Position numbers and translations under genes: made by a program. 12,674 bases of DNA, taken from Oligoflexales bacterium (GTDB lineage: Bacteria; Bdellovibrionota_B; Oligoflexia; Oligoflexales; Bog-1112). Below, in pieces: positions 7,304-12,674 of this stretch; positions within the stretch are counted from its first letter, which is position 1; each line of letters opens with the position of its first letter. The DNA is taken from contig JBGCDR010000312.1 of the NCBI GenBank assembly GCA_045105515.1, positions 1-12,674 of the forward strand, read 5' to 3'. The notes beneath the pieces are model-generated. The model did no database searches. It saw nothing but the letters and a program-made list of their open reading frames with translations, and was not told the DNA's origin.

Positions 7304-8749
7304 CTAAGATTTCAAATATGGTCCATTCAACACATCTCTCAACCTAAATCTAACCATTTCTCTTCCAAGGACCTCGAGACTTTCTGCCAAAGGTGGGGAG
7401 TCCTTTCTACCAGTAGTGATTAACCTGATAGGCATGAAAAAATCTCGCGGCTTCCAAGCAACCTTTTCTCTATAAGAGTTCAAAAAGCTCTGAATAGATT
7501 CAGCATCCCAATCATAAAGCTCATCAAGCTCCTCAATAAGTCCTTTAAGCATCGTACGCATCTCTTTCGGATCTTTACTCTTTGGAATAAGTGGTAGACC
7601 GTCATAATTAAGGTCACCATTAAAGAAAAAAGCAGAACGATCCACAAATTGCTCAAAGCATTCTAAACGTTCTTTGTAAAGAGGATATAAGCTTTCCAAA
7701 TACTGTTTAGTAAAGACTTGCTCACGAAGGTAGCTGCTAAAGTTTTGGGCTCCCAACTTTTGCAAATATTGTTGGTTAATATGCTTTAGTTTGACTACAT
7801 CAAATACGGGGCCACCGAGATGAATGTCCTTCAGCCTAAATTTTTCCATCATTGCCTGGGGACTAAAAATTTCTTGATCATCTCCAAACGACCATCCCAT
7901 CAAAGCCAAAAAATTAACCATCGCTTCAGGCAAGATACCCTTTCGCTTGTAATAGTTAAGCGAAACCGGATTTTTTCTTTTAGAGATTTTACTTTTATCT
8001 GCATTTCTGAGCAGAGGGACATGAGCAAATACAGGTAGTTCCCAGCCAAATGCCTTGTAAAGCAGCACATGCTTAGGTGTAGATGAAATCCACTCTTCCG
8101 CTCGGACTACATGACTTATTTCCATCAGATGATCATCGACCACATTGGCCAAATGATAAGTTGGGAATCCATCAGATTTGATAAGTACCTGATCATCTAA
8201 TTGACTATTTTGAATTTCAATGGGACCGCGTATGGCATCCTCAAATTGAGTAAACCCATCCTTTGGGACTTTAAGACGAATAACACAAGAGCTACCAGTT
8301 TCTAGCTGCTTTGCCACTTCATCTTCTGTCAGCGATCTGCAGTGACCATCATATCCAAGCATCCTTCCTTCAGCGCGTTGCTGCTCCCGAAGTTTTGTTA
8401 GGCGCTCTTGGCTGCAAAAACAACGATATGCATGCCCTGACTTTAAAAGTTGATGAGCATGCTCAAGGTGGATTGCCTTTCTCTCCGACTGGCGGTACGG
8501 CCCATAATTACCACCTTTATCAGGTCCTTCATCCCATTCCAAACCAAGCCAAGAAAGGCTTTCGTAAATTTGTTGCTCGCTTGAAGCTTTTGCGCGGCTC
8601 TGGTCTGTATCTTCGATCCGTAAGATCAGATCTCCTCCAGCTTGCTTTGCAAGGACGTAGTTAAAAAGGGTTACATAAGCAGTACCCACGTGAGGGTCGC
8701 CAGTAGGAGAGGGAGCAACTCTTACTCTAACCCTTTGTCTTTCACTCAT
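7304..8749 (-). CDS. gltX: Glutamate--tRNA ligase
   Basis: 481 aa with RVAPSPTGDPHVGT (HIGH-like), LRIEDTD, YRQSER, CFCS..YDGHC (Zn-site-like), PTYHLANVVDDHLM, KISKR (KMSKS-like) and a C-terminal anticodon domain (PIRLITTG..SPPL). SD AAGGA. Confidence 0.97.
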   Translation of the reverse strand: MSERQRVRVRVAPSPTGDPHVGTAYVTLFNYVLAKQAGGDLILRIEDTDQSRAKASSEQQIYESLSWLGLEWDEGPDKGGNYGPYRQSERKAIHLEHAHQLLKSGHAYRCFCSQERLTKLREQQRAEGRMLGYDGHCRSLTEDEVAKQLETGSSCVIRLKVPKDGFTQFEDAIRGPIEIQNSQLDDQVLIKSDGFPTYHLANVVDDHLMEISHVVRAEEWISSTPKHVLLYKAFGWELPVFAHVPLLRNADKSKISKRKNPVSLNYYKRKGILPEAMVNFLALMGWSFGDDQEIFSPQAMMEKFRLKDIHLGGPVFDVVKLKHINQQYLQKLGAQNFSSYLREQVFTKQYLESLYPLYKERLECFEQFVDRSAFFFNGDLNYDGLPLIPKSKDPKEMRTMLKGLIEELDELYDWDAESIQSFLNSYREKVAWKPRDFFMPIRLITTGRKDSPPLAESLEVLGREMVRFRLRDVLNGPYLKS

Positions 8750-8763
8750 AATTTCATCCTTTA

Positions 8764-8929
8764 CACTTTCCTAACTCTTGAACCTTTTACAGGAGGCGCT
8801 CTTTTCTTCCCAGGCACACTCCTCGAACCCTCTTTTGGCTGACAACCCACCAGACCCCTCCTTTCCATTCGAGGGCTTATTGGCACCTTATTAAAGAAGA
8901 GGCCTAGTGAAGGTGGGTCAAGTAAAGTA
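8764..8929 (-). ncRNA. Rod-shaped structured RNA candidate (6S-RNA-like or gltX leader)
   Basis: Nested complementary blocks on the minus strand: TACTTT/AAAGTG, CTTGACC/GGTTCAAG, AGGCCTCTT/AAGAG(C)GCCT, AGGTGC/GTGCCT, CCTCGAA/TTCGAGG and an apical CTGG/TCAG. G-U pairs favour the minus strand. Folded by eye only. Confidence 0.45.
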
Positions 8930-9589
8930 TCCTATTGAACCGTGAATGTCATCAGACGAGCTAAAGTAAGAATCTACTTGATATCTCTTAGAGCCCCACA
9001 TAGCTACAGATGCTAACCAATTGCTTCTTATGGCCATCATGCAATCACTTAAAAAAGACTCTGGATGAAACTGCACGCCTAAAGCCGGAATTTGTGAAGG
9101 GGGTGCGTACTCAATGGCCATTATTTCCCCTTGAGCACAAACTGCAACAACCCTAGTCCATAAACATGGATCATGAGGAGTTAAAGAAAGTGAATGATAA
9201 GCTGCAACAAGACTTGGTGATTTTAGGCCCGCAAGAAATAGTGAAGAATCCTCGACATGGATCTGTTTTTTACCTCCATGAAGAGGGTTAGAGGACTTTT
9301 GAATTTTGTACCCAAGAACATGACCTAGTATTTGATGTCCTAGGCAAACTCCAAGGATAGGGACCTTTCCCAAATAGTGCTTTACTAAAGCCACTGTTGA
9401 AGAAGCCTGGTTTGGTGAGTTAGGGCCAGGTGAAATCAAAAGAGCTCGTGGATTTATATAAAGCTTTTTGACCTTGATTTCATCATCGAATGGGATCAGT
9501 TCTAGATCTATTGGAAGAGAGGTTTTTCCAATCCAATCTATGAGATTGTAACTAAAACTGTCATAATGATCTATATAAGCAATTTTCAT
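8918..9589 (-). CDS. Class I glutamine amidotransferase, anthranilate/aminodeoxychorismate synthase component II (TrpG/PabA type)
   Basis: MKIAYIDHYDSFSYNL start motif (ATG 9589 preferred to the longer ORF start at 9616), ISPGPNSP, catalytic Cys in LGVCLGHQ, YHSL, and His-Glu in GVQFHPES. trpG cannot be told from pabA. Confidence 0.9.
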   Translation of the reverse strand: MKIAYIDHYDSFSYNLIDWIGKTSLPIDLELIPFDDEIKVKKLYINPRALLISPGPNSPNQASSTVALVKHYLGKVPILGVCLGHQILGHVLGYKIQKSSNPLHGGKKQIHVEDSSLFLAGLKSPSLVAAYHSLSLTPHDPCLWTRVVAVCAQGEIMAIEYAPPSQIPALGVQFHPESFLSDCMMAIRSNWLASVAMWGSKRYQVDSYFSSSDDIHGSIGYFT

Positions 9590-9600
9590 AAGTAGAATCG

Positions 9601-10356
9601 ATGCCTTTCCAAGCAAGAAAACCTATACTTTTCAGACTTGTTATTTACTGCTCTGTGATTTTAACGAAGAACAGCTTTGGTGCTCTGGGGGAACTTTCGC
9701 AATTCCAGCAAGAGTTAAGCCAATTAAATAGCAGCAGCCCAGTGGAACCCTCAGGTGCAAGAAGTCCAGGCCGTATCTGCCTGAGTACGGGGATTGAGAT
9801 GGTTAGTTTACACCAAGATCATGCATCCAATCTGCACATTTTTCCTCAAGAAGGAAAGATTAGCAAGAACTTCATCACCTGGAATCAGGGGCTATTTTAT
9901 CCTTTCAGCTATGGAGTCTCCTTTGCTAAAGTAACAAGCTCTCTCAACAATCAGGAAAAAGACCTAAATCAGCTTTCAATTGATCTGAAATGGACTGTTT
10001 TTGAGTCATTCGGCCTACCAGCAATTTCCTCTAGCATTCAATGGTCAAAAACCTATGGACTCAAAAAATATGCCCTCCAAAGCAATACAGCAAATATTCA
10101 AGTAAGCTGGGGATATCAACGTCTGAGTTTTTTTTCAGGAATCAATGTTCATCAACACATGCTCAAAACAAAAGAAAATTATCAAATTGATTCAGCCGAA
10201 ACCACTAATGATCCAAGCGATGAAAATTTTATCAACTTCAGTACCCAGCTAGGAGCCCACCTCCAGCTGATTCCCGCAAGATTAGCACTCTCCATAGAAA
10301 GTGCACGAACTTCGTTTAGCAATTTAATCAGGGCAAAAGTTTCATACGAGTTTTAA
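9601..10356 (+). CDS. Hypothetical exported protein, probable outer-membrane beta-barrel
   Basis: Basic plus hydrophobic N-terminus ending SFGA (signal-peptide-like), many alternating-polarity strand-like segments (e.g. QLSIDLKWTVF, TANIQVSWGY) and a C-terminal AKVSYEF resembling the Bam beta-signal. Confidence 0.6.
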   Translation: MPFQARKPILFRLVIYCSVILTKNSFGALGELSQFQQELSQLNSSSPVEPSGARSPGRICLSTGIEMVSLHQDHASNLHIFPQEGKISKNFITWNQGLFYPFSYGVSFAKVTSSLNNQEKDLNQLSIDLKWTVFESFGLPAISSSIQWSKTYGLKKYALQSNTANIQVSWGYQRLSFFSGINVHQHMLKTKENYQIDSAETTNDPSDENFINFSTQLGAHLQLIPARLALSIESARTSFSNLIRAKVSYEF

Positions 10357-11602
10357 AAAGATAAAGAGTAGCATATTTTCTAAGAAAGTCAGACTTTAGT
10401 AAAAGTTGTAGAAAGTAGAGGCATAATGCAAATCCGGTGAAAACCGCACCACCAAGGAAAGCCGCATAAAGTCCAAACTCATCACCTAACTGTCCAGCAA
10501 TATAATTTCCGCCAAAAACCGAAATCCCGCTGAAAAGATAAAATAATGCAAAACCACTGCCACGCAAATGCTCTGGGCAATGCTGTGCAATTATGGCCCT
10601 CATGACACCTTGGGTCATGCCCATATACAGTCCAATTAAAACCACGCCCATGAAAGCTCCGGCAAGGTCATTAACACTTGCTAAGGTTAGAGCAGCTATC
10701 AGTTGTACAAACATTCCACATAAAAGAAGTTTTTCTCGGCTTACCTGATCTGCCCATTTTCCCAAAGGATAAGCGACAGAAAGATGCACAAGGTCCATTA
10801 TGACAATAACCATTGGAATAAACTGCAACTGAAGACCCAACTCTCTAACCCTTAATGTTATGAAAGCTTCGCTAAACCTTGCTAACATCAAAAAAGCCAA
10901 ACAAAGCATCAATGCCCAATAGCTATTCGAAAAACCCTTAAAATCTGACAATCGAAAATAAACTTTGCAAGGTTTGAACTTTGTTTTTTCTTTCACTCCT
11001 TTAGCAAGCAGTAAAATAGCAAGTATTGAAGGGAACGTTGCAGCTACAAAAATTAGTTGAAAATTGGATCCAAAAAAATGTAGTAGGATCATCGATAGTA
11101 TAGCACCACAAACAGCGCCACTAGTATAAAGACTTTGTCTCAGGCCAAAAACAAATCCATAGTTTGGAGCAGACCCTAGATCTGCAAGTAATGCGTCTGT
11201 TGGAGCAGAACGTAAACCTTTACTAAAACGATCAAGAAAACGTATCAAGAATGCGCTCTTGAACCCTGTTATGAAAACAAACCCTGATTTAGCAAGCGCT
11301 GTGAGCACACTCCCACTCATTATGAGAGGCTTGCGATAAATAAAGTAATCGCTGGCAAACCCTGCTACTACCTTAGCTAAAAAAGATAGGAGTAGAGCTA
11401 GCCCTTCTATAATCCCAAGGCCACGGTTATTGACTCCTAGCTCCTCGCTTAAAAAAGAAGGCAAAACCGAAAAAACCATCAAGGAGGAGGTTGACCATAA
11501 AAAACTCACCATTGAAATTGCTAGCAGCGAAGATTTCTGCTCCTTTTCTAAAATTGGGTGACCACCCGAAATGGACGTTTTAGCTGAAGATTGTGCCAAC
11601 AC
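10328..11602 (-). CDS. Major facilitator superfamily transporter, substrate unknown
   Basis: About 12 hydrophobic segments, motif A variants GFASDYFIYRK and GKWADQVSRE, plus DRFSKGLRSAPTDALLAD and PEHLRGSGFALF. GTG (or the next TTG) start with SD AGGGG. Confidence 0.92.
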   Translation of the reverse strand: MLAQSSAKTSISGGHPILEKEQKSSLLAISMVSFLWSTSSLMVFSVLPSFLSEELGVNNRGLGIIEGLALLLSFLAKVVAGFASDYFIYRKPLIMSGSVLTALAKSGFVFITGFKSAFLIRFLDRFSKGLRSAPTDALLADLGSAPNYGFVFGLRQSLYTSGAVCGAILSMILLHFFGSNFQLIFVAATFPSILAILLLAKGVKEKTKFKPCKVYFRLSDFKGFSNSYWALMLCLAFLMLARFSEAFITLRVRELGLQLQFIPMVIVIMDLVHLSVAYPLGKWADQVSREKLLLCGMFVQLIAALTLASVNDLAGAFMGVVLIGLYMGMTQGVMRAIIAQHCPEHLRGSGFALFYLFSGISVFGGNYIAGQLGDEFGLYAAFLGGAVFTGFALCLYFLQLLLKSDFLRKYATLYLFKTRMKLLP

Positions 11603-11740
11603 TTACCCCTACTTATGCCGAATTCGTTCCATGTGATTATAAAACTTAGCACAAAACCATAACCTATTATTTTTACCGTGAATTATGGCAAGTCAGCAAT
11701 TTAATCAGATTCTTTAAGAAAAACAAGTGAAACCCTCCGT

Positions 11741-11764
11741 AGGCCTCAAGAATAGGCTTTTTTT
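11741..11764 (+). terminator. Intrinsic terminator-like hairpin
   Basis: AGGCCT-CAAGAAT-AGGCTT stem-loop running into a T tract (7 T, 11758-11764). The stem is short. Confidence 0.35.
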
Positions 11765-11902
11765 ACTAGCCCCCCCTTGAAGGAGGATTTGGCGTAAAGA
11801 TTGCTCAACCCCAAACGACAAAAATATAAAATCAAAGTCCTTTGCCATGATAGCTATGAGAAGGCAAAATTCACCACAACCGACCATGAGTAAGAGGGAG
11901 AT

Positions 11903-12310
11903 ATGTCATATTTTATCTTTTTTACCGTGTTTGTAGTGCTATTCACTCTCAGTATTGAACAGCAAAACACTCATATGAAAGCTTTAATTCGCTCGTATGA
12001 CATCATAGATGATTACAAGAATGAAGAACAGTTTACTAGGAAATGTGGAGGTTTGCTTGCAGCAAGAAATAATCTAGATGATTCCTTCACTTATTTGACC
12101 AAACTCAATCCAAAATTTCAGAAAGATCTATACTTTTTAAAATACTCTCTACTTTCCAATCTATTACAAGAAAAATTTGACAAGCTTGGATGTGAGAGTG
12201 AAAGTTCCAAATATTTATTCGCAAAGACCAGAAGAATAAAATCAAGAAAACTCGACGAACACTGGCCAAAGTGGGTTAGGCATCTTGAGCAAAGAGTTCA
12301 GGGTTTTTAA
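11903..12310 (+). CDS. Hypothetical protein with N-terminal membrane anchor or signal peptide
   Basis: 135 aa, good SD (GAGGGAG), hydrophobic N-terminus, helical-looking body with two Cys. No family recognised. Confidence 0.65.
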   Translation: MSYFIFFTVFVVLFTLSIEQQNTHMKALIRSYDIIDDYKNEEQFTRKCGGLLAARNNLDDSFTYLTKLNPKFQKDLYFLKYSLLSNLLQEKFDKLGCESESSKYLFAKTRRIKSRKLDEHWPKWVRHLEQRVQGF

Positions 12311-12666
12311 TGGAATCATTTATAATGAGTATTTTACTAATAATGGAAATATATATAAGTATGTTCCTTTGGAAGGGGTCCTGGAAAAAATTGCAGCAAT
12401 TTCCAACTTACCCACCCGAGGAAATTAGCATTGTAGAATACCTACTCTTACCAACAAATCCAAATCAAGAAGTGCCTTGCAGCGATCATACTCAAACGGA
12501 AGTTTCCAAAAACCTAGCTCCAAGTTTCATTTGCTATTTAGTGTCTGGTCGGAAACTAAATTCTTGCCTTTGCAACTCAGTTTTTTTTATCGCGGTTGAA
12601 ATTAATTTTAAAAAATCTTCTTATTTTCCAGTGATAAGTGAAAAATACCATATTTTCGGCAATTAA
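12310..12666 (+). CDS. Hypothetical protein (uncertain)
   Basis: The ATG overlaps the upstream stop (TAATG), suggesting translational coupling, and the N-terminus is hydrophobic. There are no recognisable motifs and the ORF could be spurious. Confidence 0.35.
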   Translation: MESFIMSILLIMEIYISMFLWKGSWKKLQQFPTYPPEEISIVEYLLLPTNPNQEVPCSDHTQTEVSKNLAPSFICYLVSGRKLNSCLCNSVFFIAVEINFKKSSYFPVISEKYHIFGN

Positions 12667-12674
12667 ATATCTTC

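Noticed and set aside
7660..7690. Arg in LYKERL as evidence that GluRS is discriminating (equivalent to T. thermophilus Arg358)
   Set aside because: The alignment is by eye and this Arg alone does not reliably separate discriminating from non-discriminating enzymes. It needs glnS/gatCAB content.
6389..8842. Short ORFs overlapping murA and gltX (6389-6613, 6591-6782, 7820-8038, 8311-8664, 8642-8842), and likewise 1375-1569
   Set aside because: Antisense shadows of conserved genes with no independent support.
8750..8917. tRNA gene or T-box riboswitch upstream of gltX (GGGTTCGAG resembles a T-loop)
   Set aside because: No complementary T-stem or cloverleaf follows GGTTCGAG, and there is no T-box consensus (GGTGGNACCGCG) or terminator before gltX.
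9590..9616. Longer start of the amidotransferase ORF at 9616
   Set aside because: It would overlap the divergent gene, and the family N-terminal motif begins at the Met encoded at 9589.
1..12674. CRISPR array, IS element or prophage
   Set aside because: No regularly spaced direct repeats, transposase, integrase or phage-like genes were seen.

Overview
Bacterial chromosomal window made mostly of housekeeping genes, with no transposase, integrase, CRISPR array or tRNA. From left to right: (i) a minus-strand, near-consensus sigma70 promoter with a boxA antiterminator and a structured leader running off the left edge, most likely the start of an rRNA operon, with a CGTC-type REP-like arm in the leader; (ii) a lipoprotein with an acidic linker and an atypical CX4CH c-type heme motif; (iii) an orphan chemotaxis-type cassette in which cheY lies between two paralogous CheZ-like (DxxxQ) helical proteins, with sigma28/FliA-like promoters upstream of both this cassette and the convergent lipoprotein gene; (iv) a SWIM-SNF2 ATPase; (v) murA carrying Asp at the fosfomycin-target Cys position; (vi) gltX, preceded by a ~165-nt rod-like structured element with 6S-RNA-like features; (vii) a stand-alone TrpG/PabA-type glutamine amidotransferase, a probable outer-membrane beta-barrel protein, an MFS transporter and two small hypothetical ORFs. 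Lipoprotein and beta-barrel signals indicate a diderm. A Bdellovibrionota/Oligoflexia-like origin is only my impression and was not tested. All alignments and RNA pairings were done by eye.
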